From an uncultured Acidobacteriota bacterium (GTDB lineage Bacteria; Acidobacteriota; Thermoanaerobaculia; Multivoradales; UBA5704), in the NCBI GenBank assembly GCA_963700145.1, contig OY969474.1, positions 2,880,001 through 2,944,000 of the forward strand: a DNA stretch of 64,000 bases, read 5' to 3'. The translations under genes were made by a program, and so were the position numbers. Shown here one piece after another: positions 19,226-27,890 of the stretch. Position 1 is the first letter of the stretch, and each line of letters begins with the position of its first letter. Below the pieces are notes generated by a model that saw nothing but the letters and a program-made list of their open reading frames with translations, had not been told where the DNA came from and ran no database searches.

Positions 19226-20635
19226 TCAGCGCGCGCCGGCCGCGGTGACAAAGGCGGTCACCACGGCGCGCGTCCGCGCCACGCCGCGGTCGAGCTCGGT
19301 CAGCGGGATGCGCTCGTCGGGGCCGTGGATGCCGGCGCTGTCGGCGGGCTCCAGCGCGAAGGGGGAGAAGCCGTAGGTGGGCACGCCGCGCTGGCGCAGG
19401 TAGCGCGAGTCGGTGAAGCCGGGAACGAAGGCGGGGACCACCGGCGCCTCGCGGCCGAGGGTGCGCTCGAGCAGGCGGTAGAGGGGGTTGGCGGTCGGCG
19501 ATGGCGGCGAGGGTGGCGCCGTGAGCAGGACGCGGCTCGCCAGGTCGCCGCCGAGCGCCCGCCGAATCCGCGCCAGGTGGCGGTCGGCCGGCGTGTCGGG
19601 GAGGAGGCGGACGTCGACCTGCGCCCGCGCCCGCTGCGGCGTGACGTTGATCCGCTCGCCGGCCGCGAGCACCGTGACCTGGACGGTGTCGAGGAGGAGG
19701 TTGGCCATGCCGGGCGGCAGACCGGACGGCGGCCCGCCGGCCGCGATCGTCCGCTCGGCGCCGAGCATCGCCGCGCGCAGGCGGTCGTTGTGCAGCGGCG
19801 CCAGCGCGTGGAGGTAGCGGCGCGCGGGCGCGGTCACCCGCCACTCGGGCGGCAGCGCGAGGAGGCGCGCCAGCCCCTGGATCAGCCGGTGGGCGGCGCT
19901 CGCCGGGTTGAGCCCCGAGGCATGGCCGCCGCGGCCGCGCGCCTCGACCTCCAGCCAGAGCGGCCGCTTCTGCGCCACCTCGATCCCCCACCAGAGGAGG
20001 CGGCCGTTGAGCTGCTGGTTGCGCCCCCCCTCGCCGAGCGCCGCCGCGACCCCGGCGAAGAGCTCGGGGTGCGCGGCGAGCAGCCAGCCGGTGCCGCGCC
20101 CGCCGCCGCTCTCCTCGTCCGCCACCGCCAGCAGCACGAGGTCGCGCGCCAGCGGCACCCGCCGGCGCTTGAGGTCCACCATCGCCGCGAGGTGGGCGAT
20201 GCCGAGGCTCTTGTCGTCCACCGCGCCGCGTCCCCAGAGGCGCCCGTCGCGCACCAGGCCGGCGAAGGGGGGCACGCTCCAGCCGGGGCCGGGGGGGACG
20301 GTGTCGAGGTGGTGCAGCAGCAGGAGGGCGCCGGGACGCGGGGCCGTCCCGGGAGCGGCGGCTGCGGCGGGGAGCCGGGCGTACAGGCTGGTGCGCCCGC
20401 CGGGGGCGGTGAGCAGGCGCGCCGCGATCCCTTCGCGGCGGAGGAGACCGGCGAGGTAGGCCGCGGCCCGCCCTTCGCGCCCGGGGGGGTTGCTGGTGTC
20501 GAGCCGCAGGTAGCCCTGGAGCCAGCGCGCCGGCTCGGAGAGCTCCGGCGCCGCGGCGGCCGGCGCCGCGCCGAGCGCCAGGAGCGCGGCGGCAAGGGCC
20601 GCCGGCAGACGGGTGCGGGTCACGCGCGCGAGCAT
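19226..20635 (-). CDS. Exported M20/M25/M40 metallopeptidase, paralog 1
   Basis: Signal peptide; HHLDTVP, GRGAVDDK, DEESGG, GEGG, GGHAS, FTDSR, IHGPDER. Confidence 0.9.
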   Translation of the reverse strand: MLARVTRTRLPAALAAALLALGAAPAAAAPELSEPARWLQGYLRLDTSNPPGREGRAAAYLAGLLRREGIAARLLTAPGGRTSLYARLPAAAAAPGTAPRPGALLLLHHLDTVPPGPGWSVPPFAGLVRDGRLWGRGAVDDKSLGIAHLAAMVDLKRRRVPLARDLVLLAVADEESGGGRGTGWLLAAHPELFAGVAAALGEGGRNQQLNGRLLWWGIEVAQKRPLWLEVEARGRGGHASGLNPASAAHRLIQGLARLLALPPEWRVTAPARRYLHALAPLHNDRLRAAMLGAERTIAAGGPPSGLPPGMANLLLDTVQVTVLAAGERINVTPQRARAQVDVRLLPDTPADRHLARIRRALGGDLASRVLLTAPPSPPSPTANPLYRLLERTLGREAPVVPAFVPGFTDSRYLRQRGVPTYGFSPFALEPADSAGIHGPDERIPLTELDRGVARTRAVVTAFVTAAGAR

Positions 20636-20650
20636 GCCGGGGGGCGGCCC

Positions 20651-20685
20651 AAAAGGGAAGGGCGCCGGAGTAAATCCGGCGCCCT
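20651..20685 (-). terminator. Probable intrinsic terminator after pilin paralog 2
   Basis: Hairpin AGGGCGCCGGA-GTAAA-TCCGGCGCCCT followed on the minus strand by TCCCTTTT. Confidence 0.6.
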
Positions 20686-20714
20686 CGTGCTGCCGTGCCG
20701 CGCGTCGGGAGGAC

Positions 20715-21239
20715 TTACGGCTTCTTGCGCCCTTCCGGCCAGCGGACCATGAAGCCGTCCGCCCAGACGATGTCCTGGTCGTAGTCCGTCGGGTTGAAGT
20801 TGGTGACGGTGTAGGTCGCGCCCTCGGCCTTGGTGTTGCGGCCGAAGCTGCGGATCGCCATCACCTTGGGGGCCAGCGGGTTCGCCGTGTTGAGGTAGAA
20901 CTCGTAGTCGAACTTCCAGCCGTCGAGCTGCGGCACTTCCTGCAGGTAGGTCGAGACGAGCTCGGTCTTGAGGTTGGCGTGCGTGATCTTCTTGTAGTCG
21001 GTGATCGTGACCTGACTCGCCGAGCCCGCCGCCGCGGCGCCGACCTGGTCGGTGAGCCAGGAGAACATCGCCGTGCCGGTGTTGCGCACGTCGGCCACCG
21101 TCCGCTTCTGCTTGGCCTTCTGCAGCGCGTCGAGGAAGTTGGGGATGAGCAGGGCCGCGATGATGCCGATGATCGCGACGACGATCAGCAGCTCGATCAG
21201 CGTGAACCCCCGCTGCCGGTTGCGAAGCCTCTTCAGCAT
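20715..21239 (-). CDS. Type IV pilin / GspG-like pilin, paralog 2 (likely major pilin)
   Basis: QRG/FTLIELLIVVAIIGIIAALLIPN; GGAGG RBS; own promoter and terminator. Confidence 0.9.
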   Translation of the reverse strand: MLKRLRNRQRGFTLIELLIVVAIIGIIAALLIPNFLDALQKAKQKRTVADVRNTGTAMFSWLTDQVGAAAAGSASQVTITDYKKITHANLKTELVSTYLQEVPQLDGWKFDYEFYLNTANPLAPKVMAIRSFGRNTKAEGATYTVTNFNPTDYDQDIVWADGFMVRWPEGRKKP

Positions 21240-21290
21240 TTTGAGTCCTCCCTCCGTCCGTGGAATTCGGTCTTTGCGAATCCCTTGGAG

Positions 21291-21306
21291 AGCAGGCTTT
21301 GTGCCA
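21291..21306 (-). promoter_or_regulatory. Sigma-54 promoter for pilin paralog 2
   Basis: Minus strand TGGCAC-AAAGC-CTGCT (GG-N10-GC). Confidence 0.72.
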
Positions 21307-21354
21307 GCGGCGCCGCGCGCGTGGAATCAGCGACTTGCCGGGCGTGCGCGGTTG

Positions 21355-21397
21355 CTGACTGACAAGAATTGACAGATAGCAGAGCGACAAAGTGTCA
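21355..21397. promoter_or_regulatory. Candidate upstream activator (enhancer) sites
   Basis: AT-richer patch with TGACA (21360, 21370), CGACA (21385) and GTGTCA (21392), 50-90 bp upstream of the -24 box. Confidence 0.4.
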
Positions 21398-21422
21398 GCC
21401 GCGGCGGCTGCGGCGCACCGGC

Positions 21423-22847
21423 TCAGCCGACCAGGCGCTCGACGAGCCGGCGGTAGAGCGCCACCCCTTCGACGTAGGCCGGCAGCGAGATCCGCTCGTT
21501 GCCGCCGCCGACGATCAGGGTGTCGGTGACCGGCGTCGGGAAGGGCGAAAAGCCGTAGCTCGGGATGCCGGCGGCGCGGAAGAAGCGGGAGTCGGTGGCA
21601 GTGCGCGGCAGGAAGAGCGGGCCGACGGCGGCGCGCGGATAGGCCGCGCGCACCGTCTCCTCGATCGCGCGCGGCACCGGGTGGTCGAGCGGGCTGCCGT
21701 GTGCCGCCGACCCGTTGTCGTAGAGCTGCACGCGCAGCCCCCAGGTCAGCCAGCGCGGCACCAGCACCTCGCGCGCCGTCGCGACGTCCGAGCCCGGCAG
21801 CAGGTGGAGCTTGAGGAGGAGCTGCCACCCCCCGCCCGGCGCCTCGCGCACCGGGAAGACCACCACTTCGTCGCGCAGCATCGCCTGCAGGAAGTTGGGA
21901 AGGCGGCGGAAGGCGGCGAGGTCGCGCGTCAGCGCCTCCGGCTCGGCGAGGAGGCGGCGCAGCTCGTCGCCGTCGCGGCTCGGGGCGTAGGCGCGGAGGA
22001 GGACCGCCACCTCCGGCGTCAAGCGCAAGTGCTCTTCCGGTTGGCCGCGCGCCCGCAGCTCGCTCGCCAGCTCCTCCAGCGGCTCGCGCGCCGCGGCGCA
22101 GACCCAGAGGTCGAGGAAACGCTTCTGCGCGAGCTCCGTCCCCCAGTACTTGACGTCGCCGGCCTGCCGCACCTCGACCGAGCCGCCTTCGGTGAGCACC
22201 GCCCAGGCGCGGCGCACCAGGTCCGGGTGGCGCGCGATGACCCAGCGGGCGCCGAGCTCGCTGCCGGTCTCCTCGCCGTTGGTGGCGAGGAAGAGCACCG
22301 AGCGGCGGAGCGGGCGGCCGCGTTTCTTGAGCTCCGCCATGGCGAGGAGCTGCGCAACGGTGGTGCTCTTCATGTCGAAGGTGCCGCGGCCGTAGACCCA
22401 GGGCCCCTCGATGTGCGCCGAGAAGGGGGGGAAGAGCCACTCCTCGGAGTAGAACTCCGGCTCGGTGTCGATATGGTTGTGGAGGATGAGCGGGCGAGGG
22501 TCCTGCCCCTCGAGGAGGGCGTAGACGTTGGCGCGGTCGCCGACGAGCTCGAGCGTGGCGGGGATGCCAGCGGTCTGGAGCTGGCGGTGGAGGAAGCGGG
22601 CGCCGGCGACCTGGTCGCCGGTGTCGCTGGTGTTGATCCGCACGTACTCGCGGAGCAGGCGGACCTCGGGGAGCGCGGCGTAGTCCACCCCGCGCCACAG
22701 TCCCGCCGTCCCCAGCGACAGCGGCCGCCGCAGGTAGGCGAACCCCGCCGCGGTGGCGGCGAGCGCCAGCGCCAGGCTGCCGTAGAGCGCGACCCGCGCC
22801 GCCAGCCGCTGGCGCCTCTCGAACGGGGAGTAGCGGCGGCGGCGCAT
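21423..22847 (-). CDS. Membrane-anchored M20/M25/M40 metallopeptidase, paralog 2
   Basis: N-terminal TM; HNHIDT, GRGTFDMK, GEETGS, TEGG, ATDSR. The C-terminal metal-ligand His of HGxDE appears replaced (VGGGNER). Confidence 0.85.
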   Translation of the reverse strand: MRRRRYSPFERRQRLAARVALYGSLALALAATAAGFAYLRRPLSLGTAGLWRGVDYAALPEVRLLREYVRINTSDTGDQVAGARFLHRQLQTAGIPATLELVGDRANVYALLEGQDPRPLILHNHIDTEPEFYSEEWLFPPFSAHIEGPWVYGRGTFDMKSTTVAQLLAMAELKKRGRPLRRSVLFLATNGEETGSELGARWVIARHPDLVRRAWAVLTEGGSVEVRQAGDVKYWGTELAQKRFLDLWVCAAAREPLEELASELRARGQPEEHLRLTPEVAVLLRAYAPSRDGDELRRLLAEPEALTRDLAAFRRLPNFLQAMLRDEVVVFPVREAPGGGWQLLLKLHLLPGSDVATAREVLVPRWLTWGLRVQLYDNGSAAHGSPLDHPVPRAIEETVRAAYPRAAVGPLFLPRTATDSRFFRAAGIPSYGFSPFPTPVTDTLIVGGGNERISLPAYVEGVALYRRLVERLVG

Positions 22848-22922
22848 GCGGCGGCAGATCGTATACCTGCGCCTCGGCGGGGGCAGGCGTCCAAAGGCCC
22901 GGGGCGACGGGGATCAGGCGCC

Positions 22923-23177
22923 GGACAAACGGACTGCGGCCGAGGGCAAACGTACTTTCGCCCAGTACGCGCGTACTTTCCCTGAGGGCAAGCGTACTTT
23001 TCGTCGGTACAAGCGTACTTTCGGTTGGTACAAGCGTACCGGCGCCTGGTACAACGTACTTTCCGTTGGTACAAGCGTACCGGCCGTCGGTACAAGCGTA
23101 CTTTTCCTTGGTACAAGCGTACTTTCGTCTAGTACAAGCGTACTGGCGCCTGGTACAGGCGTACCGCGCCCCGGTAC
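22923..23177. repeat. Tandem array of twelve 21-bp units: conserved GTACAAGCGTAC plus 9 variable nt
   Basis: Units start at 22923, 22944, 22965, 22986, 23007, 23028, 23049 (1-bp deletion), 23069, 23090, 23111, 23132, 23153. Intergenic between divergent genes. Confidence 0.9.
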
Positions 23178-23201
23178 TAGACTCGTCGCCCGGTTCCCCG
23201 C

Positions 23202-24794
23202 ATGACGGCCGAGCGCCCGCGCCTCCTCGTCCTCCTCGCCGCCGCCCTCCTGGCCGGCGCCGGCTACGCCGCGACCGAGTGGTACCTCCTCGGCGGCGAC
23301 GTCGGCTTCCCGCTCGACGACAGCTGGATCCACCTCCAGTTCGCGCGCAACCTGGCCGCCGGCGACGGGCTCTCCTACAACCCGGGCGAGCCGGTGACCG
23401 GCTCGACGGCGCCGCTCTGGACGGCGCTGCTGTCGCTCGTCTTCCTGCTGCCGGGCGGCACGGCTACGGCCATCTGGGGCGCGAAGCTCCTCGGCTGCGC
23501 GCTTTACCTGGCCGGGGTGCACGCCACCTGGCGCCTGGCCCGCGAGCTGGGGCTCTCGCCAGGCCTGGCGCAGCTCGCGGCGGCGCTGGCGCTCGCCACC
23601 AGCTGGCTCGTCTGGTCGGCGCTTTCGGGGATGGAGGTGCCGCTCTTCGTCCTGCTGTCGGTGTGGGGGATGGTGCTCCACATCCGCGAGCGGCAACGGC
23701 CGGAGCGGCCACCGCTCGCCTTCGCCCTCTTCGGCTTGGCGGCGCTGGCGCGGCCGGAAGCGTTTTTGCTTCTCGCCGCGGCGGCGCTCGATCGGCTGCT
23801 CGTCTTCGACCGCGACGCCGGCGGCGCGCTGCGCTGGCGGCGGCCCGACTGGCGCGGGCTCGCGCTCGGGTTGGGGCTCGCGGCCCTCGCCGTCCTCCCC
23901 GTCCTCGCCTTCTACGCCGCCGCCGGCGGCTCCGTCCTGCCGACGACCTTCGCCGCCAAGGGCGCCGAGGTGCGGCGCTGGCTGCCGGACGCGCGCTACG
24001 TCTACCAGGTGCTGGGCATCCTCTTTCGGCCGCAGCCCTGGGCGGTGCTCTTCGCCGGGGCCGGCGTGGCGGCGCTCGTCGAGCGGCTGGGGACGGCGCG
24101 CGACCGCGGCCTGCTGCCGGCGCTCTGGCTCTTCGGCCTGCCCCTCGCCTACTCGACGATGAGCCCCGCCGGCGCGCACTGGATCGCCGGCAACTTCGGC
24201 CGCTACTACTTCCCGCTCTTCCCGGTCGTCGCGGTGCTCGGCGTGCTGGGGCTGGAGCGCGCCGCGGCGGCGCTCGGCCCGCGCGTGGCCGCCGGGCGAT
24301 TCCGTCTGCCGCTGCGCGCGGCGCTCGCGGCGCTCCTCCTCTGGCCGACCGCCGCAGCCCTCGTCGAGGGGTCGCTCTTCTACGCCCGCAACGTCGCAAA
24401 CGTGCAAGGCAGCGACGTGCGCGTCGCCCGCTGGCTCGCCCCGCGCCTGCCGCCCGAAGCGGTGCTCGCCGTCAACGACATCGGCGCGCTCAAGTTCCTC
24501 CTCCCCAACCGGGTGATCGACCTCGCCGGCATCGCCACCCCCGAAGTGCGCCGCCGGATGAACGCCGCCGCCGCCCGCCACGAGCCCTGGGAGCGCGCCG
24601 TCGCCGACTACCTCGCCGAGCGGCGTCCCGACTACCTGGTGATCTTCCCCGACTGGTTCCCCTACCTCTCCCAAGACCCCCGCTTCAAGGCCGTGGCGGG
24701 TGTGCGCGTCGAGGACAACATCACGATGGGAGGGGACGAGGTGGTGGTCTACGCCACGCCGTGGACCCGGAATCCGCTGCGCGGCCCCTCGTGA
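23202..24794 (+). CDS. Multi-TM GT-C-fold glycosyltransferase-like membrane protein
   Basis: PLDDSWIHLQFARNL first-loop DD motif, GSTAPLW, SGME, LARPE, DIGAL, IDLAGI, RPDYLV. Confidence 0.75.
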   Translation: MTAERPRLLVLLAAALLAGAGYAATEWYLLGGDVGFPLDDSWIHLQFARNLAAGDGLSYNPGEPVTGSTAPLWTALLSLVFLLPGGTATAIWGAKLLGCALYLAGVHATWRLARELGLSPGLAQLAAALALATSWLVWSALSGMEVPLFVLLSVWGMVLHIRERQRPERPPLAFALFGLAALARPEAFLLLAAAALDRLLVFDRDAGGALRWRRPDWRGLALGLGLAALAVLPVLAFYAAAGGSVLPTTFAAKGAEVRRWLPDARYVYQVLGILFRPQPWAVLFAGAGVAALVERLGTARDRGLLPALWLFGLPLAYSTMSPAGAHWIAGNFGRYYFPLFPVVAVLGVLGLERAAAALGPRVAAGRFRLPLRAALAALLLWPTAAALVEGSLFYARNVANVQGSDVRVARWLAPRLPPEAVLAVNDIGALKFLLPNRVIDLAGIATPEVRRRMNAAAARHEPWERAVADYLAERRPDYLVIFPDWFPYLSQDPRFKAVAGVRVEDNITMGGDEVVVYATPWTRNPLRGPS

Positions 24795-24850
24795 CAGCAT
24801 GCCTGCCGCCCAGCGATAGGTCGAATCTCTAGAAGGAAAGCGAGGACTAG

Positions 24851-25834
24851 TTGAAGCCATTCCTGGTTGAGACGATCGGCCTAGTACTGCGATTTTTGAA
24901 TCGTCTCAGTCCGTTCGAGTACGTTCTGCGCCGGTTCAGTAACCTCAACAAGGAAAGCACTGGAGCGCTTACCGAAATTTGGGTGCTTTCCCACTTGCTG
25001 ATCGCTTTCCTCTTCCTCGTGTTGCTCCCGAGTTCCTCGCTGTATATACTTCGTTGGGTCGTGATGACATACGCTGGCGTTCGTATGCTTGAGGTCGTCT
25101 CGTTTCAGGCATATACGCAGCTATACGGTGGCTACCGAAACAAGACCCCACGGCTTCACTATCTGCTTCTCAGCTACCGTCGCAGCATCTTCCTTGCAGT
25201 TATTCTTTACCTGGAAATCATCATCTGGTTTGCAATGCTATATCGCCTCAACACTGCCGCCTTCGTCACGAAAGGCATCGCACTCAGCGATCCCCTGAAG
25301 GCCCTCTACTACAGTACCGTCACTATGACCACTATCGGATACGGCGATGTCTATGCTCAGTCCCGCACAGGCTTCTTACTCGTCACGAGCCAGGCGCTCA
25401 TCGCGATATTCATGACGGTGCTGATCTTCGCCCGAATAGTAACCTACATACCCCGCCCCGCGACGGCCGATCCGATCGAGTGCGAGACGCCTTGCCGGGC
25501 CCCCTGTGAGCCTCAGAGGAGAACCACAATGGCAATTCTCGCGATCTCTACCGGTATCGGCATCACCAAGCAGATGTACGAGTCGCTCCGTCCGGAAGTG
25601 AACTGGGAGGGCGAGCCGGCGCCTGGCGGGCTCCTTCACGTCTGCGCATTCGACGACGCCGGAGACCTTCACGTCGCGGACGTTTGGGAGTCCGTCGAGG
25701 CGATGAACGAGTTCGTACACACCCGCCTCGCCCCGGGAATGCAGAAGCTGGGCATCCCGGTCCCGTCGGTCAGTGTCTTCCCGGTCCACAACGTCAACGT
25801 CTATCTGGCGGCGAAGAAGTATCTGCTGACCTAG
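24851..25834 (+). CDS. Potassium-channel (two-TM pore) protein read in frame into a small dimeric alpha-beta barrel protein (internal ATG 25529)
   Basis: ALYYSTVTMTTIGYGD selectivity filter. AGGAGA RBS before the in-frame ATG 25529 (MAILAIS...GGLLHVCAFDD...VADVWES). 5' part is lower GC. Confidence 0.7.
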   Translation: MKPFLVETIGLVLRFLNRLSPFEYVLRRFSNLNKESTGALTEIWVLSHLLIAFLFLVLLPSSSLYILRWVVMTYAGVRMLEVVSFQAYTQLYGGYRNKTPRLHYLLLSYRRSIFLAVILYLEIIIWFAMLYRLNTAAFVTKGIALSDPLKALYYSTVTMTTIGYGDVYAQSRTGFLLVTSQALIAIFMTVLIFARIVTYIPRPATADPIECETPCRAPCEPQRRTTMAILAISTGIGITKQMYESLRPEVNWEGEPAPGGLLHVCAFDDAGDLHVADVWESVEAMNEFVHTRLAPGMQKLGIPVPSVSVFPVHNVNVYLAAKKYLLT

Positions 25835-25903
25835 GGCGGCTTCTTGACGGCAAGTCGCCTCCCCGTCTGTAATGCGGCGCGGTTGGGACAAGGAGGCTCG
25901 AGG

Positions 25904-26611
25904 ATGCGCGCGAGATCCATCACGCTCTTTGCTCTTCTTCTCGCCGGTTGCGTGTCGGCGCCGCCGGGGACTCCGTTGGTGACCCGGAGGGTTGGCGAAT
26001 CTCCTGAGCTCGATGTCGTCACTCAGCGGGCGGTGGGCGAGGTCATCTACGAGACGTTCAACTACGAGGAATGGCACGGTGCTCGGCTCGCGCAGTCCGT
26101 GGTCATCGACGTCTTGGCGGCCAGCGCCCTCCTGGGGCCGAGCGATCCGCTGATCGCGGTCGTCGAGGGAAGTGAGACCGTCTACTGCACCGCCGCGCCC
26201 GCGCTTAGGGTCGCCGGCCGACCGCCTTCGAGCCGGGTCTGTCTGGCGGATCGGGATGGCGACGAGGCATTTGACACCTGGAGAGCGCCCGAAGGGCCTC
26301 CGGCCCGTCTCAAGTGGGCTCCCCTCAAGAGCGCTGCGCCGTTCTCGACCGGCACCTCGATGGAACGGTCCGGGAAGGGCTTCAAGTACGAGCTGCTCTA
26401 CCAGGGGATCGCCGCGGGCGTCGTGAGCCTTCTCTATCGCGAGTACGTCGACGACCTGGTGCGCCCCGCCTTTCAGCAGGACCTCTCCTACACCCTCTCG
26501 CCGCAAGGCCCCACCGAGATCTCGTTTCGCGGCACGCGGATCGTCATCGAAGCGGCGGACAACAAGGGCATCCGCTACCGCGTCCTAACGGGGCTCTTGC
26601 CCCGGCCCTGA
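25904..26611 (+). CDS. Lipoprotein, hypothetical
   Basis: Lipobox LLAG/C; C-terminal FKYELLYQG...YREY...RPAFQQDL; AGGAGG RBS. Confidence 0.75.
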   Translation: MRARSITLFALLLAGCVSAPPGTPLVTRRVGESPELDVVTQRAVGEVIYETFNYEEWHGARLAQSVVIDVLAASALLGPSDPLIAVVEGSETVYCTAAPALRVAGRPPSSRVCLADRDGDEAFDTWRAPEGPPARLKWAPLKSAAPFSTGTSMERSGKGFKYELLYQGIAAGVVSLLYREYVDDLVRPAFQQDLSYTLSPQGPTEISFRGTRIVIEAADNKGIRYRVLTGLLPRP

Positions 26612-26654
26612 AGTCTTGGGTCGTCCGCAGAGCTGTTAGACAGAAGGAGCTTGA

Positions 26655-27419
26655 ATGGATCCAGTATCGTCAGTCTTAGTTGGCCATGCCGCCGGCAAGC
26701 TCTTGGACAGGTTTGGATCCATCTTCCGAACCCATGTCATCGACCGATGGTCACGACGCCGAGCAGAAGAGTTTTTTGCTCAGTTCTGTAAGGAGGTGTC
26801 GCACCAACGTGATGGCGCCACGCCTTACAAACTGGACGAAATTCTAACAAAGATAGTAGAAGATGAGGTTTGTTCAGAGATTCTGTTTGATGCGTATCGA
26901 CGCGTTGCTCTCTCGAGATCAAAAGCACTCGGCCCACGAATCATTGCACTTCTAACGGCGGAGCTCGTAGCTGAGGGGCGCGTTGCAGCCGATCTCGAAG
27001 ATACAATCTTTCTCGCTGCAGAAAATCTCACCGACGATGAGTTGAAAGCCTTCGCAAGGTTCGTTCGTGAGGAGCAAGCGAAGTCCGCCGCTAGCGCCGA
27101 CAAAGGAGAGCGCGGACTGCGAATCAAGTGGTGTGAAGAACAACTCGATTCCAATTGGCCCCGTAAGGACGCCGTTTCTACGGGGCCTCTCGATCTAGAT
27201 GAGTGCCTAGGGAGATGGGCCGGCAAGATGAAGTCTTATGGGATCATTAGGGATGATGTGCAGGAACGCCAGTTCGATTATCAGGAAGACTCAGAGCGAC
27301 ACATTGATGAGCCAGGGACGGTACGCGAGATCAACTGGTGGATTAGCGTTCCGGCGGAGTATTTCAGGCTCGTGGATTTGATCATCCGCGCCGGTGGTGA
27401 CGCAGAGACTACAGCATAA
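26655..27419 (+). CDS. Hypothetical low-GC protein; probable integron-cassette gene
   Basis: 254-aa ORF with AAGGAG RBS, preceded by GTTAGAC; stop codon embedded in an attC-like site. Confidence 0.7.
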   Translation: MDPVSSVLVGHAAGKLLDRFGSIFRTHVIDRWSRRRAEEFFAQFCKEVSHQRDGATPYKLDEILTKIVEDEVCSEILFDAYRRVALSRSKALGPRIIALLTAELVAEGRVAADLEDTIFLAAENLTDDELKAFARFVREEQAKSAASADKGERGLRIKWCEEQLDSNWPRKDAVSTGPLDLDECLGRWAGKMKSYGIIRDDVQERQFDYQEDSERHIDEPGTVREINWWISVPAEYFRLVDLIIRAGGDAETTA

Positions 27420-27474
27420 TCCGGTCCCTGCAGCGGACGGCTGGCGCCGCCGCTGAGGGGCAGAGCCGCTGGCC
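27414..27474 (+). mobile_element. Degenerate attC-like recombination site
   Basis: GCATAAT (R''-like, contains the stop)...CTGCAGCGG-ACGGC-TGGC-GCCG-CCGCTGAG (L''/L' palindrome)...GCTGGCC (degenerate R'); about 61 bp. Confidence 0.5.
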
Positions 27475-27695
27475 GTCGGGAGTTGAGATTCGGTTGATAC
27501 TCTAGGTAGGCAAGTAGAGGGCGACGTGATCAGGGAATGGAGATGGAACGAACAGAGGGCCGGTGCTGACGGCGTGACTCTCTTTGACAACCGCCCGGCG
27601 TGGTGGTCGGCGAATTGGGCCTCAATCCCGGCGGAGATGCCCGAAGAGCTGCGCGCGACCGTCGCGACCGTGCTCGAGCAAAGGAAAATCCTGCC

Positions 27696-27724
27696 TTGAC
27701 CCGCCGGCTCGGTGGTGTCATTCT
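27696..27724 (+). promoter_or_regulatory. Sigma-70-like promoter
   Basis: TTGACC-17 nt-CATTCT with TG just upstream of the -10. Confidence 0.5.
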
Positions 27725-27730
27725 CGACCA

Positions 27731-27890
27731 GCATCGGGCGTCGACCTGCCGCCCAACCCCGCTCGGCCTCCCCCCGCGAGGCCCTCGGCCGGGGCAAAGG
27801 GGTCTCCAAGCCTCGGGTCGTGTGTTTCGATCTTCGGTCACCGGGCGTGCAGGCGGGGGCTGGCGCCGCGTGTGACGGGAGACGAGACAC
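27731..27890 (+). ncRNA. Candidate structured 5' leader / cis-regulatory RNA
   Basis: Long-range pairing of GGCGTCG-A-CCTGC-CGCCC (27737-27754) with GGGCG-T-GCAGG...TGGCGCC (27843-27867); internal hairpin GGCCTC/GAGGCC (27765-27783). Confidence 0.45.

Noticed and set aside
20715-21239. Electrically conductive (e-pilin) candidate
   Set aside because: Aromatic content is high by my count (18 F/W/Y in 163 mature residues), but positions 27 and 32/57 are not aromatic and the fold looks GspG-like.
22923-23177. CRISPR array or TIGR array
   Set aside because: The repeat (12 bp) and spacer (9 bp) are far too short for CRISPR and the spacers are related to each other. No cas or Nop-domain gene and no box C/D motifs were seen.
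22370-23205. Heptad-repeat ORFs across the 21-bp array (KVRLYQR / YKRTF / GTSV)
   Set aside because: A 1-bp deletion shifts frame mid-array and the ORFs overlap well-supported genes.
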